Source: Callorhinchus milii
Lineage: Eukaryota
Length of the DNA stretch: 64,000 nt
Direction of reading: 5' to 3'
Assembly: GCF_018977255.1 (NCBI RefSeq)
Contig: NW_024704742.1
Coordinates: 1 to 64,000, forward strand
The position numbers were made by a program, and so were the translations under genes. The stretch's first letter is position 1. Every line of letters starts with the position of its first letter. Positions 49,165 to 62,800 of this stretch are shown piece after piece. The notes below the pieces were generated by a model. The model saw nothing but the letters and a program-made list of their open reading frames with translations, made no database searches and had not been told where the DNA came from.

Positions 49165-51712
49165 CATGGATTCGGAGGCCAAAGCGGGGACAGCGCGGCA
49201 AGGAGCCGAGGTCTCGCCGAGTGTTTAAAGCCTGACCGGGGATAAGCAGCCTCCGCCGTGACGTCACACCCTAAAGACCAACAACTAACCACAATAAGCG
49301 CCCTCTCCACTCTGCACCACCCCGAGCCCTCACAGCCTCCTGCAAGCTGACAATGTCCCACCAACCCGCCGCCTCCTATCTCGGCGTGCTCATCTTGGCT
49401 GCTGCCCCTGACACGAGATAGCCCTTCCTCAAAATGCCCCCCTCCCTGCAACTCTCCCGCTCTGTCTTGCTCTCTCTCCGCCCTCCCTGCCTCCTATCTC
49501 TCTTTGACTCCCCCACTGCCTCCCTCTGTTCCAGCCTGGGAATCTTTCGCCGGCCTCATCGGAGCACTCGGCCCTGGCTGTCCAGCAGCAGCCACACCGA
49601 CTGCCCCATTTCCCACTACCGTCGCAAGTCACCCCAGACCCCGGGGGCTAACCTCTCCTCCCTCATCTTCATCCCCACCCTCCTTGCCAACCAATCCACC
49701 ATCCCCTCCCATCTCACACATCCCCTTGCCAACTATCCACCCCACATTGGCCTTCAAAACATCCACTCTATCTGCAACAAGATCTTGGCCGTCAATGAAC
49801 TCATCCTCGATGAGAACATTGACATTATGGCCCTCACTGAAATCTAGATCACTCCAGGTGACACCTTCCCCCTTGCTGAGGCCACAGACTACACCTACCA
49901 CCATGCTCCCACATCTCAACCGTTGTGGCAGTTGTGTGGCCCTCATATCCAGGGCGTCATTTGCCCTATCCCCCTACTCCACCGGTTCATTCCCCTCTTT
50001 CAAAAACCTTATCCTCTGCCATCCCTCCCACCTTGCTCTAAAAATCCTCCTAGTTTACTCCCCCCCAAAATCCTCCCCCACCTTCATCTCTGACATCTCC
50101 ACCCTCCTAGCTTCCCTTTGCCTCTGCTCTGAATTCCTCATCATCCAACGCACCTTCAACCTCCACTTCAACCCTTCCTGCTCTACCTCCTCAGACTTCT
50201 CTCCCCTCTCAACATCTCCCTCCACATCCACTCTGCTACCCACACCCACGGCCACCCGGTCGACCTGTTGATCACCCGGGGCCTCAGCGTCTCGGATGTC
50301 ACCATCACTGACAAGATCATCTCTGACCACCATTTCATCTCCCTAACTCCCATATCCCTTTCCCCACTGCCTCCAAACCTACCACCATCTTCCAGCACCC
50401 ATGGAAGAAGATCTCCCCACAAACCCTCTCCACTGCCCTAGAGTCCTCTGAACTCCTCCCCTCTGGCTCACCTCTCGCACCAACTTACTCTTCTCCACAG
50501 CACCCTCTCCACCACACTCGACACCCTTGCCCCCCCCCCACCTCCCGAACTGCTCCCTATTCCTGATCCTCACCCTGGGTCATCAGCCACCTCCGCTCGC
50601 TTAAGGGCCAGAAGCGGGCTGCTGAACACACTTGGCTCGAATCTGGCCTAACTGTCCACCGCCACATCTGACTGGACCTCATCAAAACTTCAACTCCGCT
50701 TTCGCCTCGGCCAAATCGTCCTTCTATTCCAGATTAATTCTAGAGGTGAAGGGCAACCCCAGGCTCCTGTTCCCCCCCCCCACCAACCGGTTCTTCCGCC
50801 CTCCCGGCCGCACCTAGCAGATTCTTTTCTCTGAGTCCCATTGCAAGAAAATGCTGAACTTCCTCGAGTCCAAAATTGAGGGAATCCGCTCAGTTGCCAC
50901 TGCCCCCTCCAACTTCCATCCCCTCCCTTCTCCCTGCCCACACTCCGACAATTACCCATCCCTCCTTCCACACCTTTGAATCTGTCATCTCCTCTTCTGT
51001 CTTCACCACCATATCCTCCATGAAGCTCACCACCTGCTCCGTGGACCCCTCTCCTAAAATCCCAGCTCCAACTCCTTGCCCCACTACTCGCTGATATCAC
51101 CAACCTCTCCCTGTCATCTGGCACTGTTTCTACACCACTCAAAACAGCCACTATCACCCCCCACCTTGAAGAAACATTTGCTTGACCCATCACAGCTATT
51201 TAGCCACCGGCCCATCTCAAACCTCCCTTTTCTGTCCAAGGTCCTTGAGAGAGCCGTTGCCTCCTAGCTTTGCTCTTTCCTCTCCTTCCACTCCCTCTAC
51301 GAATCCTCCAATTGGGTTTCCGTGCTGCCCACAGCATGAAAACTGCTCTGGTCAAGGTCACAAACGACATCCTGACAATATGTGACCAGGGCTCCCTCTG
51401 TTTCCTCGTCCTCCTCAACCTCTCCGCTGTCTTTGACACTGTGGACCATTCAATCCTGCTCCACCACCTCTCCTCCCACCTCAACCTTCAAGATTCTGTT
51501 CATCCCATGTTCCCTTCGCCTCGCTTCCTCCCTTGCCTCCTTCAAGACCGGTCTCAAGACCCTTCTCTTCGACCGTGCCTTTGGTCTCCCTCCCACCTCT
51601 CTGCCTTCCATCACCCCTACACCACCCCTCCCCCATGCTCAGGTCCCGACTCCTGACTGTTTGGCGCTTTGGGACGTCCTGCCGACGTAAAAGGCGCTCT
51701 ATAAAGGTAACT
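49165..51712 (+). mobile_element. L2 LINE with 5' region, endonuclease and RT N-terminus, internally deleted, 3' tail intact
   Basis: [82 protein letters not shown], then a jump to SFKTGLKTLLFD and gcgctttgggacgtcc..aaggcgctctataaa. Confidence 0.9.
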
Positions 51713-51970
51713 TTGTTTTTGTTGTGGGCAACTACTGTGTGCTGCAAAGCATGCATAAAATACACAATAAATTCTCTTTGAGATATCATCATGATCTGAA
51801 AATGCTATATCAAGTGTTAAGATTTTTATCATGATGTCACCTTGGGCCCAGCTCAGCTTCAAGCAGATTCCGCTTACCACCCCATCCCCATGAAGTTTAG
51901 TCATTGAGAAAGGAAGTGAATCTTGACATGAGTGGCTGGGGCCCCAATCAAGTGAACTGGAGAACTTCGT

Positions 51971-52296
51971 GGAGTCCTGTTGCTCAGTGGTTAGAGCACT
52001 CGCTTTGCAAGTGAGAGACCTGAGTTCAATTCCAGGCAGAGGGCGAAACCTTGGGCAAGTTTCCTTACTCCACACAGAGCCTAATAATAATCACTCCAAA
52101 AAACAAAACAATAATAAATTGGTCATTTTCAATCACGACTGTTTGTGGGACACTGCTGTGCGCAATTGGCCGCCGCTTTCGCCCACAAATATACAGTCAA
52201 TTCACTTTCCACTGTGTTCTGTGAAGCGCTTTGGGACGTCCTCCCGACGTGAAAAGCGCTATATCAAATGCAAGGATTATTATTATTATTATTATA
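51971..52296 (+). mobile_element. Full-length young tRNA-derived SINE
   Basis: Consensus head, core and (att)n tail. Confidence 0.93.
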
Positions 52297-52339
52297 ACTG
52301 CTTTCTATCGGAAGATGTCAAATTTTGCATGTGGTGAGT

Positions 52340-52735
52340 ATTCCATCATCCTCCTGACTGGAGCCTTGTAGATGGAGGAGAGTTTTTGGTGAGTGAGTTG
52401 ATGAGCCAGCCTTCATAGTATACATAGCCACTGCCTTGCTCTTATAGTCACACTGTTGATGTGGGCCAGTTAAGTCTCTTATCGATGGTGACATCAGGAT
52501 GTTGACGGTTAGAGATTTAGCAATGGATGTGCCTTCGAAATTTAGGGAGAGATTGCTTGGTCATTTACTGTTGTTTCTCTTTCATTGCAGATAGTCATTT
52601 CGGCACTTATGTGGTACAAATGTTATCTACCTCTTGTTAGCCCAAGCCTGAATGTTATCCATGTATTGCTGCAGATATGACATGGACTGCTTCATTATCA
52701 GAGGTTTTGGGAATGGAGCTAAACACTGTGGAATG
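52340..52735 (-). mobile_element. Old LINE RT C-terminal fragment (CR1-group)
   Basis: Minus frame LQQYMDNIQAWANKR*ITFVPHKC..VNILMSPS. Confidence 0.6.
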
Positions 52736-52751
52736 ATGTTTAGCTCCATGT

Positions 52752-53175
52752 GGCATCCTGTAGCTCAGTGGTTAGAGTGCTCGCTTCGCAAGTAAGAAAC
52801 CTGGTTTTGACTCTCGGCAGGGTGACATGTTGGACAAGTTTCCTTACTCCACATGCCTAATTAATAATCCTTCAAGAAAAAAAATAAACAATAACTTTGT
52901 CACTCAATCCACGACTGTTTGTGGGACACTGCTGTGCGCAATTGGCGGATCACTTTCCGGGATAATAATACCTTAAAAAAGTAATTTGGTCACTCAATCC
53001 ACGACTGTTTGTGGGACACTGTAGCACACGGTTTTGCGCAATTGACTGCTACATTTCGTCCAGAATATACACAGTCAATTTACTTTACAGCATATTCTGT
53101 GAAGTGCTTTTAGATGTCTCAATGACATGATAAGGCGCTATATCAAATGCAAGAATTATTATTATTGATATTATT
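52752..53175 (+). mobile_element. Older SINE with duplicated core segment
   Basis: tRNA head; gtcactcaatccacgactgtttgtgggacact occurs twice; att tail. Confidence 0.85.
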
Positions 53176-53349
53176 ATTTTCTCAACCAACCTATTGAACT
53201 CTAAAACTGAACTCCCGTGTACTCAGCTTCTCGTTATAATTAATTAATTTGCACAATATTTTCGTAAATTTTTATGATTACTTTGTACATCCACATTTAC
53301 ACGCAGTAATTCAATAAGTTTTATCAGTGACACACACATTTACTTATCA

Positions 53350-53605
53350 ATGGGAATTCACAGCTGATTTGGAGCTGGACAGGAAATTAATTTCCTAAGC
53401 ACAATATGACTGAGCAAAGTGTGTTAATCTCAAGAGGAATTAAATTTCAAACAAGATTAATCATAGATTCTTTGCAATTTGTAAGCAACGTGAATAATTT
53501 AGAAGAAGTTCGTTAAAAATGTTTACAACTGTGAAAACTTCCTGAAAAATTCCACTTGCATCATCTCCTCCTGATTGACTCAGTGTTCAGTTAATAAATA
53601 AAGCT
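53350..53605 (+). promoter_or_regulatory. Putative inflammatory-gene promoter of the CXCL8-like gene
   Basis: GGGAATTCAC (53352) and GAAAAATTCC (~53544) kB-like; TTGCAAT (~53472) and TTGCATCA (53556) C/EBP-like; exact AP-1 site TGACTCA (53576-53582); TAATAAATAAA TATA-like (~53592), ~90 bp before the ATG. Confidence 0.6.
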
Positions 53606-53688
53606 GCTAAGCAGTGAGGAATTAGAAGCAGAGTGCAACAGCACAGCAACAGGAAGAAGATAAAGTAGTATTGTATCAGTACAACACA

Positions 53689-53743
53689 ATGAACAGCAAA
53701 GTCACCATCTCCCTCCTTGTCCTTTATTTGGCTTCTCCACAAG
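53689..53743 (+). CDS. CXCL8: CXC chemokine (CXCL8/IL-8-like) exon 1, signal peptide MNSKVTISLLVLYLASPQ; rest of the gene lost in the gap
   Basis: acacaATG AAC AGC AAA GTC ... CAA G|gtacag, 55 nt, phase 1 as in chemokine genes. Resembles the shark IL-8 leader as recalled (MNSKV...LYLASTQ). Confidence 0.68.
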
Positions 53744-53896
53744 GTACAGAAATATTTGTGTTTATAAGACTACAATATTACACAGACTAACCTAGAGTGT
53801 ATTGGTTAGTTTGTCAACTCAACATATTGTGTTGGCAGAAATACTGTACTTCATTCAACAATGTGTCAATATACTATATTTTGGTATAATTCACAC

Positions 53897-53926
53897 NNNN
53901 NNNNNNNNNNNNNNNNNNNNNNNNNN
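53897..53926. other. Assembly gap (30 N)
   Basis: Run of n characters. Confidence 1.
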
Positions 53927-54284
53927 AACTTAAAGGGATGCTACGTATATTACTAACGATTTAAGGTTCAGATAATATGGTAACGAGCCGTTCCTCACAC
54001 ACTGTAAAGTGAATTGACTGTATATTTGTGGGCGAACGCGGCAGCCAATTGCGCACAGCAATGTCCCACAAACAGTCGTAGATTGAAAATGACCAATTTA
54101 TTATTGTTTTTGGTTTTTTGGAGGGATTATTATTAGGCTCTGTGTGGAGTAAGGAAACTTGCCCAAGGTTTCGCCCTCTGCCTGGAATTGAACTCAGGTC
54201 TCTCGTTTGCAAAGCGAGTGCTCTAACCACTGAGCTACAGGACTCCAGGATGGCTAAACTGGTGAGAAAGTTGACCACACTTAC

Positions 54285-57169
54285 CTCAGCCATCTCTTTA
54301 CGGATTTCTTGCAGTTTCTTTTCCTTCAGTGTTTGCCTCTCGTTGTCCTGAGCCTCAAATGAGAATGGCTGTATTTCTACATTCTTCTCTTCCAGGGGTT
54401 TTGGCTTGAATGGGACGGCACAGTGTGGCATAGTGTTTATCTTAATCTGCTTTACTAGCTTTCTTCCTACAAGTTTAATAGAAAGAAGCACTTTGATGTT
54501 ATGGTACATGAAGCAAATTAAATAAGTGAAAGCTGTTTGCTGCACCAGCATGGATTATAATCATAAAAATAGGCTCTTTCCCAGTCATCCTCTAGTCACA
54601 ACCTCAGGATTATTTTTCCAGAAGCGTGTCACAGCACCCTACCTGCTCCTCTTTAAGTGGAATTCTTGTACGGCTTTTCACTGCAAAAACTGGAGAATGA
54701 GGCACTGTCAATGGTAGCTTACTCTTTTCTGGAACTCCCTGGAAGAAAATCTAGTCAATTTTTAGGATATTAAAAAAAATTACAACTAAATGCATGTCTC
54801 TTGAATAATAGAAACAATAGCTCCTATTCTGCAATGCATCTCAGCTCATAATATCCTCACCACAACATCTTCCAGCATCCGGATGGGGCACGGACAGGGA
54901 TGGAAAAAGTACTGCTCCTGATCCTCGGGCTTGCGATTTTCTTCCCGCTTCCTGATACGATTGTCGGTCTCCAAGCGAAAGCCAATAAGCTCTGTGGGTT
55001 CGTTCACCGGTGGCTTCTCTGGGACCACCTTCCAGGATTCTGGGGTTTAGTTCTTGAGCTTTGAATCTGTAACTGAAGCAGCAGCAATGACCAAAATCAG
55101 TGCTTTAGAAAACTACAGAAGTTACTCAAGTGATTGAAACCTCAGGAAGCAAACCTGGAAACCAAACCATTCACTTCTAACCAAAGAATTGGTATATTAA
55201 TAAGTAATTTTTAACCTTTCTTTAGCGCTTTTGTATTGGAAAGATAGACATGAGAGCATACAGAAAATTGTATATCTATAACTATGTTAAATTTCAATAT
55301 TCCTAGAGTCCTGCGCACTTGCCTTGCAAAAAAGTCGCTCAATCCATGACTGTTTGTAGGACATTGCGCAATTGGCTGATGCATTTCATCCACAAAATAT
55401 GCAGTCAATCCACTTTACAATTTATTCTGTGAAATGTTTCAAGACATCTCAACAACATGATGGAAGCTGTATATCAAATGCAAGGATTATTACTAGCACT
55501 TCCTGCCATGGCAAATCATACCCATCCTACAAGTTGTGAACCACATGTGAGAATCTCACTCTAGCTATCTAGTGTGTATGCGTATATATATTAATAATCG
55601 GTTAAGTTAGCTAAAACGTGTCAATTGAACAATACTGATGTTCAAAACTGAGACTGGGAGCCGCACAGAAAATCAATAACCGATTGAGAATTATGGGTAC
55701 ATTAGCAATTTCTGAAAGCCTTTACAAATCATCACCATCTGACAGTGGAGCTCATGGCACCACATCGCCAACAGTTGGCATTTAAAAGCAAGAAAATTGA
55801 CAAACTAAACTTTATGCATGTTCTAGAATATAGCAATGAACATAAAAAAGGCTTCAATGGTGCACGTTGGAAAAAAAATAAAACTTTATAGTGAAATGTT
55901 GAAACCCACTCACAAATTTATGGTCTTGTCATGGCTATTTTTGTAAACAGACCCCTGCACCAGTAAGTTCCATAAATAGCCACAAGGTGGAGCTCAGTGG
56001 TTAGAGCACTCGCTTTGCAAGCGAGAGACCTGAGTTCAATTCCAGGCAGAGGGCGAAACCTTGGGCAAGTTTCCTTACTCCACACAGAGCCTAATAATAA
56101 TCCCTCCAAAACCCCAAACAATAATAAATTGGTCATTTTCAATCTACGACTGTTTGTGGGACATTGCTGTGTGCAATTGGCTGCCACGTTCGCCCACAAA
56201 TATACAGTCAATTCACTTTACAGTATATTCTGTGAAGCGCTTTGGGACGTCCTCCCGACGTGAAAAGCGCTATATCAAATGCAAGGATTATTATTATTAT
56301 TATTATTGCTGTGCGCAATTGGCTGCCGCGTTCGCCCACAAATATACAGTCAATTCACTTTACAGTGTGTTCTGTGAAGCGCTTTGGGACGTCCTCCCGA
56401 CGTGAAAAGCGCTATATCAAATGCAAGGATTATTATTATTATTAAGGTGGATGACAAATGGTTGAGAATTGTTGCCAGCATCCAGGGAAAAGCCCTCTGC
56501 TGTTTTCCAATAGTGTCATGGATTATAACTATGTTATGATACAGACTCCAGCATTGCATTGGAGTGACAGCACCAAGTAGAAGCTCAATTCCTGACATGG
56601 CTGAAGAGGAGAAATGAGACTATCCAAGTGACAGTACAAGAGTTTCCTGGATGCTAATAAGCTGTCTTTAGAAAGATATCTGAATTGTATAGAGTACATT
56701 ATAGCCTAAAGGACTTCCACTCTAGATTAGAGGAAAGCAATTCCTTCATCATCAAGGAGCCAGTTAGTGTCACATTAGCAGTATGAATGGTTCTACTGAC
56801 ATGTCACTTTTGAACATTCAATAAGGTTGGGCCGAGCTAGTCAATGTCACTCGTGACTCTCCCGCGCCCACTCCCCTCCATTCAGCTGGTGGATCCTGCA
56901 ATGACAGACTAGCATAGTTTTATAACCACAGAGCTGAAGATATGGTGGCAATCATACAAACAACACCGAGTTTGGTTGAAATCCCATTTACCTTCTTCCA
57001 CAAGTTGCTTGCTTCTCAAATGATAATGTGATGGTGTGCGACGTTGAAATTCTTCCACCTGCTGTGCAACAGAGACATATGCTTTGCTCTCCATGTCTGT
57101 ATGTTTTCTTTTACTCCCACAAGATAGGTGGAAAGGCTTCAGTACAGTACTTCCCTTCAGTGCACACAT
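54285..57169 (-). pseudogene. TPX2: Second copy of four TPX2 exons (56992-57169, 54861-55072, 54643-54738, 54285-54466)
   Basis: Same splice sites and the same GGP frameshift. An extra 1-nt loss in a T-run at ~54460 gives GAA GAA AGC TAG. Confidence 0.85.
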
Positions 57170-57444
57170 CTGGAATGGTAAGCTGTCAACATTACTACAG
57201 AAATTGTGCATATTTGGAAATTAAATGTTTTGGTATATTAGTATTTTTGGAGTCCTGTAGCTCAGTGGTCGGAGCACTCGCCTCACAAGCGAGAGACCTG
57301 GGTTCGATTCCCGGCAGGGCAAAATCTTGTGCAAGTCTCCTTATTCCACGTGCCTGATAAGAATCCCGCAAGAAAAAATTAAATAAAAAGTTTGTCACTC
57401 AATTCACGACTGTTTGTGGGACACTGCTATGCACAATTGGAAGA

Positions 57445-59830
57445 TGTGAGCCCCTGGAGCTCTTGGAGATCCTGGAGCTCTTGGAGTCCCTGGAGCTCTT
57501 GGAGCCCCTGGAGTTCCTGGAGCACTTGGAGCCCCTGGAGCTCGAGCCAAGAGCCCAGAGTGAGCTACGTCCGGAGTGAGGCAAGGCCAGAATGTGAGGG
57601 AATTTGGTAAGAGTGGGAATTGCTGCTGTGGGTGTCTTGAGAACTGCTATCGTGAGTACATAACCCAATTTGTTGTTGTTATTATTCAAGTCTTGTAGTA
57701 GTTGTAGTTGTTTTAAGTCTTGTGTTAGTTAAAATTGCTGATACCATTGGTACATTGGTCTTGTGTGGTAACTTTACAGGGAGCAGCAGTAGCCAATTAG
57801 GCCTAGCCAATAACAAGTAACTTATTGATTAACTTAATTTATTGATTAATCACTTGATTAGGTGTTAATTCCAAATTACTGCTGAGCAAATCAGAAACGG
57901 GTTGAACCCAGAAAGTATAAGTAGGAGATAGCTCCGAGAGCCTCACTCGACCTGAGGCCAGAGTGTGAGGGAATTTGGTGAGAGTGGGAATTAGGTGCAG
58001 AGGGGAAAGTGGGGCAGGCTATATATCTTTGTATCTATATAAAGATAGTGAAGATGGTGTGGCAGGTAAACTGCGAGGTCTGTCACATGTGGGAGTCGAT
58101 GGAGGGCGCCTTAAGCCGGGGCGACTTCATCTGCCGCAAGTGTCTGGAAGTTAGGGAGCTTCAGCTGAGAGTAGCTGAGCTGGAAGCCCAGGTGCAAACA
58201 CTGCGCTCATTAGGGACAGTGAGAGGTTCCTGGATGGTACGGTGGAGGAGACCCTCATTCCCCTAGGACTCACTGATAGCAGACCATCACTGTATAGGAA
58301 CCATGAGAGAGGGGTACTGGAACCATTGGGAGGTCAGAGTTCAGGAACAGGACCACTCCCAAAGGAGCCCAACACACAGCCACATGCTAAAAGTGATTGG
58401 GTGACATTGCGATGGGGAAAGAAGAGGGCTTGTGCAAGGCAGAGCACCCCCAACAGAGTCCCGGTCTCAAATCAGTACTCAGCCTTAGCAATTAGGAGCG
58501 TGGAAACCTCCCGTGAGGACAGCAGTGAACATTCTCTCCAACAGGACAGGGGCATGGATCACACGGGCAACACTGTTCTGATAGGGGATTCAACAGTGCG
58601 AGGCACTGACAGGATCTTCTGTCATAAGAATCGTGAGGCTAGGATGGTTTGCTGCCTTCCTGGTGTGAGGGTAGTGGACTGTACCCAGCGTGTGGACAAG
58701 ATTCTTCAGGGGGAAGGAGAATGTCCAGAAGTCGTGGTCCATGTGGGGACCCAAGAAGAGGGCTGAGATACTCTAGGGCGAGTATCAAAAGTTGGGGAAC
58801 AAACTCAAGGCCAGAACATCCAAGGTGGTGATCTCTGGGTTACTCCCGGTGCCTCAGGCAACGGGGCACCATAATGGAAGGATCAGGCGTATGAACGACT
58901 AGCTGGAAAAATGGTCCAGAAAAGAAGGTTTCCGTTTTGTGGACAATTGGGACCACTACTGGGGGAGGTGGGATCATTACCTTGCGGATGGGCGGCACTT
59001 AAGCAAGGCAGGGGTTAGCTTCCTGGCCAAGAGATTATCGAATGCTGGGGGGCTAATTTAAATTGGTGGCGAAGGGGGTGAGTATCCCAGGATACACAAT
59101 AGATTAGGGAATAGAGGAAAAAGACAAGTGGGAAATATAGAGCAGGTACATGTGGACAATTTCCTCAAATGCATGTACCTAAATGCACGGAGCTTAGGGA
59201 ATAAGGTTGATGAGCTGCAGGTTCAACTGGCCGTAAGGGGTTACGATGTGGTAGCAGTAACTCAAGCCAGGACAGGAATGGGAGATAAATATTCCAGGAT
59301 ATAATGTGTTCAGGAAGGATAGAGAAGGTTGGAGGTGTGGCAATATTAGTTAAGGATACAATTGTAGCTGTAGAAAGGGACGAGACCAGAATCAATCTGG
59401 TTAGAGGTCAGAAATAGGAAAGGAGTGGTTACACTGATAGGGGTTTACTATAGATACTTCCAGATAGCGGGAAGGAGATAGAAGAGCAGATCTGCAACCA
59501 GATCACGGACAGATGTAGGGCAAACAGAGTTGTCAAAATGGGAGATTTCATTATCCCAATATAGATTGGCAAAATAGCAGCGTTAAGGGCAAGGCCGGAG
59601 AAAGATTCATCAGCTGTGTACAGGAAAATTTTCTGGACCAGTATGTCTCCAGTCCTACAAGGAAGGAAGCGTTGGATCTTTTCCTAGGGAATTAAGTAGG
59701 TCAGGTTGAAAAAGTTTCGGAAGGGGAGCATCTAGGTAACAGTGACCATAATATTATTAGATTTAGATTACTCATGAACAAGGACAAAGTACAGTCAAGG
59801 GTGAAAATGCTTGACTGGAAAAGAGCTAAG
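57445..59830 (+). mobile_element. Second copy of the CR1 5' part
   Basis: Duplicate of 31030-33370 with a longer 9-bp minisatellite. Confidence 0.92.
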
Positions 59831-62800
59831 GCAGACCAGGGAGAGAAAAGCTGTCTGGGACCAGGATGATGTGGTGATGGTCACAGAAGAGGGGGAGGGG
59901 GAAGGTGAACTGTTATGGTCTGGAATTGTTGAAATCAATATTGAGGGAAGAGGCTGTAGGGTCCTGAGCAGATAACTGCGGTGCTGGTCCTCGAGCTTGC
60001 GCTGTGGCTCATTGGAACAGTGTAGAAGCCCATGCATGGAGAGGTCAGAGTGCGGGAGAGAGAGTTGAAATGGCAAGAAACCGGATGACAGAGACTGATA
60101 AACAGGGTTGTGCTTGTGCAGTGCCCTGAGCACACTGAGAGACTGCCTGACACACACACCCACACACACAGAGACAGCCTGACACACACACACTGAGTCG
60201 TGATGTTTCTTACAGCAATCTTTGCAACACTTGTCCCACACTCTATATGTATCTCACACGCACACTGTTACACACCACTGTAAGTTGCTTTAATGCTGTG
60301 AGTAAAGCCACGGCAGGGAGATCTGAGCTGGAACCACAGCCCGGCAAGTGTCGTGGAAAAGAGAAGTGGGTTCTAACTGGTATCGAATTGGACAGTTCTT
60401 CAGATCAATGTGGGTCATTCACCTCATTTCTGTTTTGTGGGACATTGTTATGCTCAAATTGTATGTGTGTGTGTGTGTTCGCCCACAAATGTAGAGTCAC
60501 TACACTTTACACTCATTCCTGTGAAACACTAGGAAAGGTTTGGATGGAGCGATGAGGCCTGGAGTTAAATGTAACAAAATATAGACTGGAGAAACCACAG
60601 ATTTGCCCTTTAGCCTCTGTGTCTGATCTCCTTCCTCTTTTAAGTTGCTCAAGCTTTGTCTTTTCTTACTTGTTTCCTTCTTCGCTTCACCACATCCTCC
60701 AGAGCTCTGCCTGGCTCATCAGCCGGACATGGAAGGGGCAGGGAATCGTCCCCCTCAGCTCCTGTTAACTCTGCAGCCAAAGCCTTAACTAATGGGTAGG
60801 GTGGACCCAGCTGAATAAGCAGCAGGAAAGCTTGTCAGATAGTGTTCTCAATGACAAGCTGTGTGGGTTTAGCTAGTTAGACTCCAGCAGTTACTACAAC
60901 CCCGAACCAGCCCCAGCGACCCCGGACCAGCCCCTCCCCCCCCAAACCAACCAGCCCCCAACCCAGGACCCCGAACCAGCCCCCCCAGCCCAGGCCCCCA
61001 CCCCGAACTAGCCCCCAGCCCATGTCCCCGAACCAGCCCCCAGGGGCCCCCACAGCCCAGGACCCCTTAACCCCCACCGCCCCCCTTAAACCCCGGGCCC
61101 CCCCTTAACCACCTCTCCTCCCTCCTCCCCCCCCAATTCCCCCCTTAACTCTCCGGACCCCCCTTAACCCCTCTCCCCTCCCCGATCCCCTTCCCCCCCT
61201 TAACTCCCCGGGCCCCCACCCCGGTCCCTCCTCTTGGCACCTCCCCTCGGCCCCTCGTTGGTCACTGACTCTTTGCCCCCCGAAGTCTCATCTCTGGCCA
61301 CTCGGATCTCACTGCCTTGGCTGAGGGCAAAGGTCGGCTCTGCTCGGTCCCGCTCCCCTTCTTCACGGCCTCCCAGCCCCACAACCACTCGCTATCTCCC
61401 GTCCCCATCCTCACCATCTCCCATCCCCACCCACGCAATCTCCTGTCCCCCCACTCACCATTTCCCATCTCCACCAACTCAGCCATTCAGTCCACTGCCC
61501 TGTCTGTAACTTGTGTATGACACGCTCTGCCCTGTGTGTAGTGCTCTCCTCGCTTGTGTAGAAACCTGGAATGTTATACCTCGCTCAGTGTCTCTATGCA
61601 CTTGGGTTGCCATTTCCTCGGTTGGGGTGTCCGGACTGATAGAGACAGCACGAAGCACAACCTCCTGAATTGAATGGCACTTTAAACAGTATTACAATAC
61701 AAAATTACATTTATAAAGCACTTTTCACGTAGGGAGGACGTCCCAAGGCGCTGCACAGTCAGGGATTAGGGATCGGGACCCGAGCGGGGGTATGGGGTGG
61801 GAAGGGGGGGATGCGTCGAAGAGGACGTTCTTGCTCTTGAAGGAGACAGGGGAGGGAGCGAGGTGAAGGGAATGTGGGATGGAGTTCCAGAGGGCGTAGG
61901 CAGAAACGCTGAAGGTCTGACTGCTGATCGTGGGGCGGGCTGGGTGGGGGACATGGAGCAGGCCAGAGCTTGCTGAGTGGAGTGAGTGGACAGGTTGATA
62001 AGGGGGTTAGCAGATCGGAGCGGTAGGAGGGTCAAGAGCTTGAAGGTGCTGACAAGAATTTTGAACTCAATCCTCTGAGGGATGGGGAGCCAGTGGAGGC
62101 GTATTATTAGGTACCGGCTCTCCCAAGTCCCTTTGCTGCTCTGATCCTTGTCACACACTGCTCTTCAATATATTCCCTCATCCTCACTCTCTCTAACAGT
62201 TGTGAGTCATTAATATACATGGAAAAAGTAGTGGCTCTGGCACAGACTCCATTGCACTGGAAGAACAGCAACAACTTGCATTATAACAGAGCTCTTCACG
62301 CAGGGTAGCATCTCGGGACACTCCCCCACCTAATCACCTTCTGCCTATTATCTGCCTCCCAACCTAGATAGATATTTGGGAAGGACAACTTTGCAGGGCT
62401 ATGGTGAGAGAGCGGGAGAATGGGCTTAATTTGGATAAAGTTTGTGAGTTCACAGTCCAGGGGCTTGAACTTATAACCTTCAAACTCAGAGGTTACTGAC
62501 TAATAACCTCAAACTCATCGAACTGTAAGCAACTTTGGGGTCAGTTTCAAACCCCAGTTATCCTTCCTACCCCACATCTGCTCCCTGACCAGGACTGCCT
62601 CCTCCTCCACCTCTGGCACATAGCCTGCCATCTCCCGTCTTACTTCAAACACTGATGAAACTCCCACCCTGATCTTTCGATTTATTTAGTTTAGTTTATA
62701 AATAAGCTGGGAGCTCCTAACCCGAGCTCCCAGCTTATTTATAAACTAGGTCCAAATGAGTCAAAACTCTCACCTGTACCAGGCTCCATACATCCATCAT

